Below, piece by piece: positions 30,418 through 39,191 of a stretch of DNA of 64,000 nt (positions within the stretch are counted from its first letter, which is position 1; the number at the start of each line of letters is the position of its first letter). The notes under the pieces were generated by a model. It did not search any database, was not told the DNA's origin, and saw nothing but the letters and a program-made list of their open reading frames with translations. The translations under genes were made by a program, and so were the position numbers. The stretch is from a virus (taxonomy: Duplodnaviria > Caudoviricetes), in IMG/VR virus record IMGVR_UViG_3300037781_000042, positions 147,582 through 211,581 of that record. One strand, 5' to 3'.

Positions 30418-32091
30418 TTAAAATGGTATATTTTCATCTACTTCAATTATTTCTATTTCATAATCTTCATTTTGTACTGCATAGACAGGTTTTTTACCCC
30501 ATATAGTAGTATACCCTCCTGATAAAGATAAATCTTCTTCTATCGATTCTTCTATTTCTTCATTTATTTTTTCCGTTTCTTTTTGACGAGGATTAGATAA
30601 ACGAACACTTCTAATAAATGCTCCGTTCATTTTAAAATTGGCTGAAGATTCTATTTCTAAATCTTCAAAACCATTCTTAGATAAATCAGAAATTTCTTTT
30701 ATTGGATTTCTTTTTAAATCTATATTAACACAATATGAAGGCAAATTTTCAACTTTAGTTATTTTATTATTTGCTAAAATAAGATTATCCATTTTATCAT
30801 TTAGATTTTCTATTTTAGTTATATTATTATCTTCTAAATTTAAGTAACATATTTTATTTCCTCTAGGTAAATCTATTTGTTTCAAGTTATTGTAATTTAC
30901 TGTCAAAGCTTTGATATTTAACGGGATATTTTTTAATGATTTAATTTCGGTATGTTTTAGAAATATTTTTGAAGTAATTTCTAAATCAGTATAATCTATA
31001 TGTGAAATATTTCCGTGTATAATACAAAACTCTCTTACTCTTCCTTTAGGCAACTTCACAGAAAAATTGTGAGTGTTAGAGGGCATATAGTTCACAAATC
31101 TTAATTCTGTTTTTAAATAAACGAACTCTGGTAAATTATCATAAAATTCTTTATCATGAACAATTAAATTTGAGCGACTTCCAAAAAGATATTTTATTTT
31201 TATAGGAAAAGAAGACATATAAATAGAACTTATAATATCTGACATTTCTTCTGCTCTTTCAAAAATGTCAATTGTTTTGTCATCATTAAATACATATACT
31301 AATTGAGTATAATAACTTTGTAGTTTTTCAATAAAAGAAATTTTAGGACTTAGAGTAAAGTATTTATCTTTTATAAACTCTTCATTTTTATAATCAATTA
31401 ATCTCAAAGCTTCTACATGATTCGCATTAAATTCTTTTAATGTTTCCTTTGCTTTTTCTTCGTTTTCAAAACGAAAAGAATATAGTAGAGAATCGTCTGC
31501 GTCCCAAAGTTCAACTAAATTTTCTTCATAATCTACTAAATATGCAGTTTTATATTGAGAATCATTATGCATAGGTTTATCTGGAAAATCGTCTAAATCT
31601 TTAAAGTGGACATAATACAAAACACTAGAAGAATTTCTATATTCACGAAATCTGTTACTGTTCTTTGCAGACGTACACCACTTGGTTCCTGCGCCATGTT
31701 TAATAGATGCATATTTTGTATGAGGAACTACAATTTTTAATTTTTCATTGTCTACTATTACAGTTTCAGAAGTATGCGAATCTAAAGTTTTTAAAATTTT
31801 ATCATTATATTTCATTCCTACTTCAGTTAAGATACGGTTAAATTCATTAAAATTTAACTGATTAATATCTTCTTTAATGTATTTCTTTTTTCTAAATCTA
31901 TTCCAATGATAAATGTATCTTGCAAGTTTAGGAATGTCGTGTTCTGTAAAATCGTTTTGTAAATAAAATTTACACATAGCTTCAAGATACTTGTAGCTTT
32001 TAGAAGGATCCGCTTCTTTAAGTTTATTAAAAAGTTTTTTGTTTATTTTTTTCTTAAGTAAATATTTTTCTTTAGCAGTTTTTAAACTCAT
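30418..32091 (-). CDS. family A protein (untagged), tandem copy 3
   Basis: MSLKTAKEKY; DPSKSYKYLEAM; SIKHGAGTKWCTSA; LRR; ends DENIPF. Confidence 0.75.
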   Translation of the reverse strand: MSLKTAKEKYLLKKKINKKLFNKLKEADPSKSYKYLEAMCKFYLQNDFTEHDIPKLARYIYHWNRFRKKKYIKEDINQLNFNEFNRILTEVGMKYNDKILKTLDSHTSETVIVDNEKLKIVVPHTKYASIKHGAGTKWCTSAKNSNRFREYRNSSSVLYYVHFKDLDDFPDKPMHNDSQYKTAYLVDYEENLVELWDADDSLLYSFRFENEEKAKETLKEFNANHVEALRLIDYKNEEFIKDKYFTLSPKISFIEKLQSYYTQLVYVFNDDKTIDIFERAEEMSDIISSIYMSSFPIKIKYLFGSRSNLIVHDKEFYDNLPEFVYLKTELRFVNYMPSNTHNFSVKLPKGRVREFCIIHGNISHIDYTDLEITSKIFLKHTEIKSLKNIPLNIKALTVNYNNLKQIDLPRGNKICYLNLEDNNITKIENLNDKMDNLILANNKITKVENLPSYCVNIDLKRNPIKEISDLSKNGFEDLEIESSANFKMNGAFIRSVRLSNPRQKETEKINEEIEESIEEDLSLSGGYTTIWGKKPVYAVQNEDYEIEIIEVDENIPF

Positions 32092-32104
32092 TTTATTCTC
32101 CTAT

Positions 32105-33763
32105 TTAAAATGGTACCCCGGCTCTGTCGCAAGTACTTTCACTAAGTGTAATACCCGAATTTACTATAATTTTTTTACTATTTGGTAAAATTAACGTTTC
32201 TTCTGCAGTTCTAGGGTTGGACAATGAAAGTTCAGAAACATCTATATCGTTTATAACTATTTTGTTGTAAGAAAGATTTAACGATTCAAAATTACTATTC
32301 GAAAGATTTTCGGGTAAAGACTTAATATTATTTTCCATTAACAATATTCTTCTTGTCCATTGAGGAAGATTTTCTATTTTTTCAATTTCATTATCTACTA
32401 AATTTAGTAAATTCATTTTTTTAGGTAACCCTTTAATCTTTTTTATTTTACATTTACTTAAATTAATTTCTTTCATTTTTTCTGGAAATACTACTTCTAT
32501 TTCATTTATTTCATTAGAACTTCCGTTAAATATTTCCAAATGCTGAGTATTTAAATTTAAAAGTGTTTTAATTTTAGTATTTGAAACGTCTAATTTCCAA
32601 TATGAAATATTTGAAATATGTTTTAAATCGTCAATATCAGAATCATGTAAATCCAGATCATATATTAATCCGTTAGAAAAAGATTTCCAATTATCTATTT
32701 TTAAATTACCTCCGTATAAATATACAGAAGTTATATTTTCAATATTTAAATTTTCAAAATAAATTTCCCTTATAAATAAACTTCTACAAAAACAATTTTT
32801 AATTTTAATAGGGTAGTCTGTTGGAATATAATTATTATATCCAAATACATCTAATGTTCCATCATCATTAAATACTCTATAACTTCCTACTTCGTCAATT
32901 ATTTCTTTGTCGTATTTGCTATTTTGTTCTTTATATTTTTCATCAAAATATTTTTCTGAAAAATCTATATAAGATACTGCAAGTTTAATTATATCATGAA
33001 AATCTGCTCTATGTGGAGGATCTAAAGATTTCCATATTGCTATTTTTTTATAAATTTCTTCTAGATTTTCTTCAGTGTTTTTTGTATTTTCCCAATGTAT
33101 TACATAAACATTTGAATCTTCAACATCCCAAAATTTAATATATTGTTCTTCTCTACTAACTTCTGCTGCTAATTTATACAAATTACTATTTGAAGATGGA
33201 TCGTCTGGATGCCTATCTAAATATTTAAAATAGAAATAATATAAAACACAATTAGAATTTTGATATTGATTAAATCTGTTATCTTCTGTTCCTGCTGTAC
33301 ACCATTGAGTTCCGTACCCGTATTTTATAGAAGCAGTATCTGTGTGAGGAATAACTACTTGTATATCATCATTGTTTTCTAGAATAGTTTTTTTATATTT
33401 TCGAGTGTCATTTTTTTCTATAAATTTAATATTATATTTTTCAAATACTCGAACTAAAATAGTTCTAATTGTATCAGCAGAAAGTTGATTTATATCTTCT
33501 TTAATGTAACCCTTTTTTCTAAACCTATCCCAATGATAAATTAATCTTTCTACCCATTTTATTTTATATAGAGTTAAAAACTTTTCCGGGTAGTGGTCAT
33601 CTTCATTTATGTAAAAATAATAATTTTCATACATATCACACATAGCTTCAAGATACTTATAGCTTTTAGAAGGATCTAGTTCTTTTAGTTTATTGAAAAC
33701 TTCTTTAGAAACTTTTTTTGTTTTTAAATATTTTTCTCTAGCAGATTTTAAACTCATTGCCAA
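32105..33763 (-). CDS. family A protein (untagged), tandem copy 2
   Basis: MSLKSAREKY; SIKYGYGTQWCTAG; LRR; ends AGVPF. Confidence 0.75.
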   Translation of the reverse strand: MAMSLKSAREKYLKTKKVSKEVFNKLKELDPSKSYKYLEAMCDMYENYYFYINEDDHYPEKFLTLYKIKWVERLIYHWDRFRKKGYIKEDINQLSADTIRTILVRVFEKYNIKFIEKNDTRKYKKTILENNDDIQVVIPHTDTASIKYGYGTQWCTAGTEDNRFNQYQNSNCVLYYFYFKYLDRHPDDPSSNSNLYKLAAEVSREEQYIKFWDVEDSNVYVIHWENTKNTEENLEEIYKKIAIWKSLDPPHRADFHDIIKLAVSYIDFSEKYFDEKYKEQNSKYDKEIIDEVGSYRVFNDDGTLDVFGYNNYIPTDYPIKIKNCFCRSLFIREIYFENLNIENITSVYLYGGNLKIDNWKSFSNGLIYDLDLHDSDIDDLKHISNISYWKLDVSNTKIKTLLNLNTQHLEIFNGSSNEINEIEVVFPEKMKEINLSKCKIKKIKGLPKKMNLLNLVDNEIEKIENLPQWTRRILLMENNIKSLPENLSNSNFESLNLSYNKIVINDIDVSELSLSNPRTAEETLILPNSKKIIVNSGITLSESTCDRAGVPF

Positions 33764-35301
33764 GATCCTCTTTTATTATTTAACACTAAATCTTCAATAA
33801 AAATATCATTAATTTTAATTTTATTTCTGTGTAAATATAATCTATTAAACTGATGAGACATTAAATTTTCAGGAATTTCTTTAATTTCATTGTCATCTAA
33901 AAATATAGTATCAAATTTTAGTGGCAAATACTTTAAATCCTGAATATTATTATTTCGTAAATAAACTTCTCCTACATTATCAGGTAAATTTTTCAAAGAT
34001 TTTAAATTATTATTTTCTAATACAATCTCATCCATTTTATTTGGTAATTTACAATCTATTTTTTCTAAAGGTACTCCATTTGCGTGTATACTTAAAACAT
34101 TTTTACTAATAAGCTTTAAAGATTTTATTTGACTCCAATTCAAATTTATTTTAAAGTAAGAAATATCTTTTAAATGATATAAATTTTTAATTTTGCTATT
34201 AGTTAAATCAATATAATAAGTACTTCCTTTTGGAAAACTAGACCATTTATTTAAATCTAAATTGTTAGCTTCTATTTTATAACATTCAACGTTTTCAATA
34301 TAGTTAGATAAATCATTTATCTTCAAATTATTTAAATATAAACCATCTCCTATAAAATTCTTTATTTTTATACAATTTTCTCCTTTCTCTTCAATATATG
34401 AATTTAAATCACAATCTCCATAAAATTTATCTAATGTTCCATCATCATTGAAAATATATCCTCCATTATTAGGTAAAAGCGTTGCCAAATTATTTTGTTG
34501 AATATATTTTTTACTTAAAAAACGTCTATTGAAAGTTAAATATTTAATTATAGGAACATAAACTTTTTGGAATTCTAGAGAATAATGACGTTCAATAAAT
34601 TCTTGTAAATCCTTTCTAACCTCTTTTGCAGGTTCTTCTAAATCTATACTGTAACAAGTTAAAATTTTATTGTCATTAACATCCCAAAATCTAATTTCAT
34701 CCTCTTCAATATCTATATCTATAGCAGTTTTATAATAATTTGAATTTAATTCAGGATTATTAGGATGAGTATCTAAATCTTTAAAGTGAACGTAATAGAA
34801 AAAATGACCTGCGTTTTGATATTCATTGAATCTATTGGATCTTTTTGCAGCAGTACACCATCTAGTTCCTGATCCGTATTTTATAGAACCCATATCTGTA
34901 TGCGGAACTACAATTTTGAATTTATCGTTATCTACAATAACAGTTTCATGATATTTTCTAGTGTCCTTTTTTTCCATAAATTTAATATTAAATTCATATC
35001 CGGTCTCTAAAACTATCTCTACACATTCATTAAAATTTAATTGATTAATATCTTCTTTAATATAACCTTTTTTTCTAAATCTTTCCCAATGGTAGATAAT
35101 TTTACTTATAAATTTAATCCTATGATTCTGTTTAAATGCTTGTGGATAACCGAGATCTGGAGATTTAGTTAAATAGTAGTCACACATTGCTTCGATATAT
35201 TTAAACGTTTTAGAAGGATCATTCTTTTTTAATTCGTTGAAAACTTCTTCAGAAACTTCCCCTGTATCTAAATACTTTTTTCTTGCTGATTTTAAACTCA
35301 T
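33754..35301 (-). CDS. family A protein (untagged), tandem copy 1
   Basis: MSLKSARKKY; SIKYGSGTRWCTAA; LRR C-term. Confidence 0.75.
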   Translation of the reverse strand: MSLKSARKKYLDTGEVSEEVFNELKKNDPSKTFKYIEAMCDYYLTKSPDLGYPQAFKQNHRIKFISKIIYHWERFRKKGYIKEDINQLNFNECVEIVLETGYEFNIKFMEKKDTRKYHETVIVDNDKFKIVVPHTDMGSIKYGSGTRWCTAAKRSNRFNEYQNAGHFFYYVHFKDLDTHPNNPELNSNYYKTAIDIDIEEDEIRFWDVNDNKILTCYSIDLEEPAKEVRKDLQEFIERHYSLEFQKVYVPIIKYLTFNRRFLSKKYIQQNNLATLLPNNGGYIFNDDGTLDKFYGDCDLNSYIEEKGENCIKIKNFIGDGLYLNNLKINDLSNYIENVECYKIEANNLDLNKWSSFPKGSTYYIDLTNSKIKNLYHLKDISYFKINLNWSQIKSLKLISKNVLSIHANGVPLEKIDCKLPNKMDEIVLENNNLKSLKNLPDNVGEVYLRNNNIQDLKYLPLKFDTIFLDDNEIKEIPENLMSHQFNRLYLHRNKIKINDIFIEDLVLNNKRGSWQ

Positions 35302-35374
35302 CGATACGTTACTCCTTTAAAATTTTTCTTAATTGTTAATTGAATGTGTTGTAATATAAGAAAAATTTTTTAAA

Positions 35375-35410
35375 TAAAAAAATCTCTACTAAAATTAATT
35401 AGTAGAGATT
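35375..35410 (-). terminator. rho-independent terminator
   Basis: 12-bp perfect stem AATCTCTACTAA/TTAGTAGAGATT with U-tract on - strand, downstream of 35440. Confidence 0.8.
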
Positions 35411-35439
35411 CAATATGAAAACAACAAAAATAGTTTTAT

Positions 35440-37230
35440 TTAGCCACGGAATTGATCTAGGCCTTCAAGTTCTTTAAATTTATTTATAACTATATCTGCA
35501 TTTTTTTGATGTATTTCTGGTGAGATGTCTCCATAATCCTGTGATCCTTTAACACCTCCTTTAGAATTGTTATTTGTTTGATCTACTTTTTCTCCCGATT
35601 CGTATTCATCATCTATACTAAATTTTTTAAGTACATCATGTTTCTTAGATCCTTCTTCTATTCCATATATAAGTTGCATTAAAGCTAAGTAAGTAATCGA
35701 GCCTTCCCATATAGAAGCCATTAGAGCATAAGAAGCCCAAAATGTAGCAAATGCTAAAGTAACATTTGTAACAGGAACTTTTTTATCTGAAGCAGCGTTT
35801 GCCTTTAAAAATTTAGTAACAAACGGTCCTACTTGTTTAAGTAAATCTTCAAATGACCCTTTAGTTGTATACTTACCATCTTCATTTAAAACACCATATT
35901 CTAATTGTCTTAAAAATCCAATATCAGTTAAAAGAGAATCATTTCCTAAAATGATTTTACAATATTTTTGAAATTCTTGAATTCCAAAATTCGAAGCATC
36001 TAAATTATCAACTCTATTATTCCAATAAGAACGTATTACCTGATGTAACCATTTTCTATTGGTAATATTGTGAGTACTATTTGCTTGATTTAAATATTCT
36101 TCTGAAAGCATCCAAGAAGCCCATCCAATAGTATTCATCCCAGGAATAAAATTATCAAAGAAAGTATCATACCATCCTTCTGATTCTTCTGCTACCGACA
36201 TCTTATAAGGATTTTTTTCATCATCGTCATTTTCTAACATATACTTAGAAACATAAGCTTTCATAGAAGTATAATCTTCTATATCTTTTCTTCCTGAAAC
36301 ATTAAATCCTGCATATTGATCAAATACTTCATCTATCCAATCTTCTTTAGAATCTCCTGCTAAAATTTCATTCATCAAAGAAGATTCAGTTATAGACTCT
36401 CCTAATTTCTCTATTCCTTTCATGTACTCTTCTACATACTTAAGAGATTTTTGATCGTCTGCAATTCTTATGGTAAACTTTCCTTCTCCTTTAAAACTAT
36501 CATTTAATTTTCCTAAAAAAGAAAGTCCTGCTGTTTTAGAAGCAAATAAACCTCCAGCAACAGATTTATAAATATTTTTTATCTTTGTTTTACTAGTACT
36601 CTTTTTATGTTTTCCATTTTCCCAGATTTCTTTAATCTCGTACATGTCTGGATTTCCTCTAAGATAGAAGAATCCCCATACAACCGCGGCTGCCGCTAAT
36701 ACAGTTACCCCTGCAGCAGTTGTAAAGAAACTAAGAATGGCTTTTCCTCCCATCAATAAAGATCTTCCTATACCTGTCCAAAATCCTGCTCCCCATAAAC
36801 CAGTAGTAGTTCCAGCAGAAGTTGCAGCAACAGCAGATTTTACACCTAATGCAGAAAGAGCCTTTGTAAAAATACTTACTTTAGCTGCTCCTGCGGCTGC
36901 TGCAGTAGTTCCAACAGCAAAAGAAGATTTAGCAACAGCAGCGGCTCCTGCTTTCGATATAGCTGAACCAACTAACCATCCCCCTAATTTCTTAAAAGCA
37001 AATTTTGCTACCAAACCCATTCCTACATAAGTAGTTAATGTCTCAGCAACACTAGTAACCATACTTACATTTGCTGTAGCAGTTTCATCACCACCTATTT
37101 CATTTTCTACGTTTAAAGATTCTACATCTTCGTCCTCATAGATGAACCCAGAGGTGTTTGTTTCTTTAAGATGATTATTACTATGTCTTTTCGATTCTAA
37201 GTCCTTAGAATACTCCGTATAATTTTTCAT
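35440..37230 (-). CDS. Ala/Gly-rich multi-hydrophobic-segment protein, candidate virion ejection/translocon protein
   Basis: Long AAAG-rich hydrophobic region ending TVLAAAAVVWGFFYL, second hydrophobic segment near C-term; own promoter-like motif and terminator. Confidence 0.55.
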   Translation of the reverse strand: MKNYTEYSKDLESKRHSNNHLKETNTSGFIYEDEDVESLNVENEIGGDETATANVSMVTSVAETLTTYVGMGLVAKFAFKKLGGWLVGSAISKAGAAAVAKSSFAVGTTAAAAGAAKVSIFTKALSALGVKSAVAATSAGTTTGLWGAGFWTGIGRSLLMGGKAILSFFTTAAGVTVLAAAAVVWGFFYLRGNPDMYEIKEIWENGKHKKSTSKTKIKNIYKSVAGGLFASKTAGLSFLGKLNDSFKGEGKFTIRIADDQKSLKYVEEYMKGIEKLGESITESSLMNEILAGDSKEDWIDEVFDQYAGFNVSGRKDIEDYTSMKAYVSKYMLENDDDEKNPYKMSVAEESEGWYDTFFDNFIPGMNTIGWASWMLSEEYLNQANSTHNITNRKWLHQVIRSYWNNRVDNLDASNFGIQEFQKYCKIILGNDSLLTDIGFLRQLEYGVLNEDGKYTTKGSFEDLLKQVGPFVTKFLKANAASDKKVPVTNVTLAFATFWASYALMASIWEGSITYLALMQLIYGIEEGSKKHDVLKKFSIDDEYESGEKVDQTNNNSKGGVKGSQDYGDISPEIHQKNADIVINKFKELEGLDQFRG

Positions 37231-37255
37231 TTATTTTTAGTCTATTTAATATTAG

Positions 37256-37263
37256 TATATATT
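37256..37263 (-). promoter_or_regulatory. AATATATA late-promoter-like motif
   Basis: Upstream of 37230, just past the gp46-fragment terminator. Confidence 0.4.
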
Positions 37264-37266
37264 CAC

Positions 37267-37291
37267 AAAAAAAGAGACCTTAAGTCTCTTT
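37267..37291 (-). terminator. rho-independent terminator overlapping the gp46-fragment stop codon
   Basis: AAAGAGAC-TTAAG-GTCTCTTT followed by a U run on - strand. Confidence 0.75.
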
Positions 37292-37499
37292 AATATTGTA
37301 TATTTGCATACTCTTTAAATTTCTTTTCTAATTCAGGATCATCAAACTTTATACTTATCATAGTATCTGGATGAACGCATTTCCCATGACCATTTTTTCC
37401 TGTCAGTAGGTTTAAAGATCCGGTTTTTTCGAATTTAATTGATTGTGAATTGTTCCCGTACGGTCCAATATTTCTAAATTCAAGTTCTTCTATTTGCAT
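37290..37499 (-). CDS. gp46: gp46/SbcC/Rad50 ATPase N-terminal fragment (40 aa) fused to split-intein N part
   Basis: MQIEELEFRNIGPYGN...LLTGKNGHGK (SbcC N-term + Walker A) then CVHPDTMISI; immediately downstream of gp47. Confidence 0.85.
   Translation of the reverse strand: MQIEELEFRNIGPYGNNSQSIKFEKTGSLNLLTGKNGHGKCVHPDTMISIKFDDPELEKKFKEYANIQY
37293..37379 (-). mobile_element. split intein N-fragment (29 aa)
   Basis: Cys directly after Walker A Lys; C-V-H-P-D-T-x-I matches intein block A; TAA stop follows. Confidence 0.75.
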
Positions 37500-37500
37500 A

Positions 37501-38571
37501 TTATCCTTCTAATTTTTTCATCTCTATTTCAATATAATCTACTAATTTTTCTATTAAAGAATCTTTATATCCTTTTTTAGACAGGTATTCTTTAACTAAT
37601 TCTCTATTATTCTGTTCTTTCATTTTAGAAATATCTACATCTATATCTATAGAATCTGGAGTTAAAGATTTATCTATAAATTTAATTTTAGTATCTCTAC
37701 TTTGTGTATTAGATAACATATCCATAAAATTATCTAATTCTTTCGTATCTTTAATTTCAGAACTTACATTTACATCTACAAAATTATTTTTAATTATTTT
37801 TTTAATTTCATCTTCTTCTTTTCCTAATAAAGAATCATAATTAATAGATAAATGTTTAGGAGAAAAAGTGTTTATTATTTGAATTTCTTTTCCAGTTTTA
37901 ATATCAAATCCCCAAATAGATTTTTGATTTCCTCTATCATTTCTAGTAATTTCATAAGGTGAACCATTAAATCTAACATTCTTTATTTTTTGAGAAGTAT
38001 GAATATGTCCTGTATAAACTTGTCCAAAATCAGCATAAGATTCTGGTTTATTTCCATGCTCTACTCTTCGGGTTCCTGAATACAAAGCTCCTATAACTGA
38101 AGTATGTGCTAAAAGATAATCTGAATCTTTAATTCCTTTTAAGGTTTCTTTTTCGTGTTTTGAACTAAGTTGCCATGGAAGTAGGGCTATATCTTTATCA
38201 TGAATTCTTAACACTTCTTCTTCATTTACTATAAGATGAACATTTTTTATTCCTTCTAAAATAACTAAAGAATTAATTTCATTAGTATCTTTTCTGTAAG
38301 TATCATGGTTTCCACAAATGACATAAACTCCTTCTGGAAATAAAGCTGCTAAATCTTTAAAAAGATGTTTAGCAAAACACATAACAGAAATATTAATAGC
38401 ATTTCTACTATCAAACACATCTCCCATGTGAACTAAAATATCAGTAGGTCCTTTTCTTTTTGATACTTCTGGAATAAAAAAATCATAATAATAAGATCTA
38501 GCTATTTCTAACCATTCTTCAGAATTATTCTTTACTCCAAAGTGAGAATCTGTTGTCATCCAAAGTTTCAT
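37501..38571 (-). CDS. gp47: gp47/SbcD/Mre11 recombination nuclease
   Basis: TTDSHFG, HMGDVFD, ICGNHD, LLAHT, YTGHIH, FNGSPY metallophosphoesterase motifs. Confidence 0.9.
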   Translation of the reverse strand: MKLWMTTDSHFGVKNNSEEWLEIARSYYYDFFIPEVSKRKGPTDILVHMGDVFDSRNAINISVMCFAKHLFKDLAALFPEGVYVICGNHDTYRKDTNEINSLVILEGIKNVHLIVNEEEVLRIHDKDIALLPWQLSSKHEKETLKGIKDSDYLLAHTSVIGALYSGTRRVEHGNKPESYADFGQVYTGHIHTSQKIKNVRFNGSPYEITRNDRGNQKSIWGFDIKTGKEIQIINTFSPKHLSINYDSLLGKEEDEIKKIIKNNFVDVNVSSEIKDTKELDNFMDMLSNTQSRDTKIKFIDKSLTPDSIDIDVDISKMKEQNNRELVKEYLSKKGYKDSLIEKLVDYIEIEMKKLEG

Positions 38572-38575
38572 AAAT

Positions 38576-39157
38576 TTAATCTGATAGTGGAATTAAAAAA
38601 TGAAACAATCCAACTACTAAAAACCCTTCAGAATGCATTTTTTCTTTACTAGGAAACCAAGTTGAAACAGTTCTTAAAGACAGTTTATCTACTTTATGTA
38701 AAATATCATAATACCATTTACCGTCTTTAGAAAAAGAAAAAGTATGTATTTTTCTTTCATTTGAAAGATTATCATAAACATAAACTTTGCGATCGTAAAC
38801 AACTACAAAACACTTTTCATTTAATTCATCAAAAATATTAATATAGTAATCAATAATATTATCATTTGGAATTTCATAGTTTATAAAATATCCTTCATCA
38901 AAGGAGGATAAACCTATTTTAAAAGAAGAAGGAACTTTTAGTAATAAATTTTCATTTCTTATAGAATGACTAATACACATTCTAAGATCACTAATAAATT
39001 TATCAGTGAATGTAGAAGACGGGTTTTCTTCATTAATTATCATTTGAGATAGTATGTCATCAGTTCTTAAAGGATATTCTATACTTTCCTTAAAAGATTT
39101 CCATAAAGTTTCTTCATTTTGATATACATCAAATTCTTTATTTGATTCTTTTTCCAT
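38576..39157 (-). CDS. hypothetical protein
   Basis: 193-aa ORF. Confidence 0.6.
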   Translation of the reverse strand: MEKESNKEFDVYQNEETLWKSFKESIEYPLRTDDILSQMIINEENPSSTFTDKFISDLRMCISHSIRNENLLLKVPSSFKIGLSSFDEGYFINYEIPNDNIIDYYINIFDELNEKCFVVVYDRKVYVYDNLSNERKIHTFSFSKDGKWYYDILHKVDKLSLRTVSTWFPSKEKMHSEGFLVVGLFHFLIPLSD

Positions 39158-39191
39158 ATTTTTATTTATAATTTTTTAGTTTATTTTAATT

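Noticed and set aside
35353-35380. Eighth copy of the AAACTTT-N15-TATAAT promoter upstream of the tandem array
   Set aside because: A TATATT -10-like element is present but the upstream heptamer does not match
37290-37499. gp46 fragment as a simple pseudogene
   Set aside because: The break falls exactly at a Walker A intein site followed by Cys and a block-A-like peptide, mirroring uvsX, and no decayed gp46 sequence follows; a remnant cannot be fully excluded without the rest of the genome
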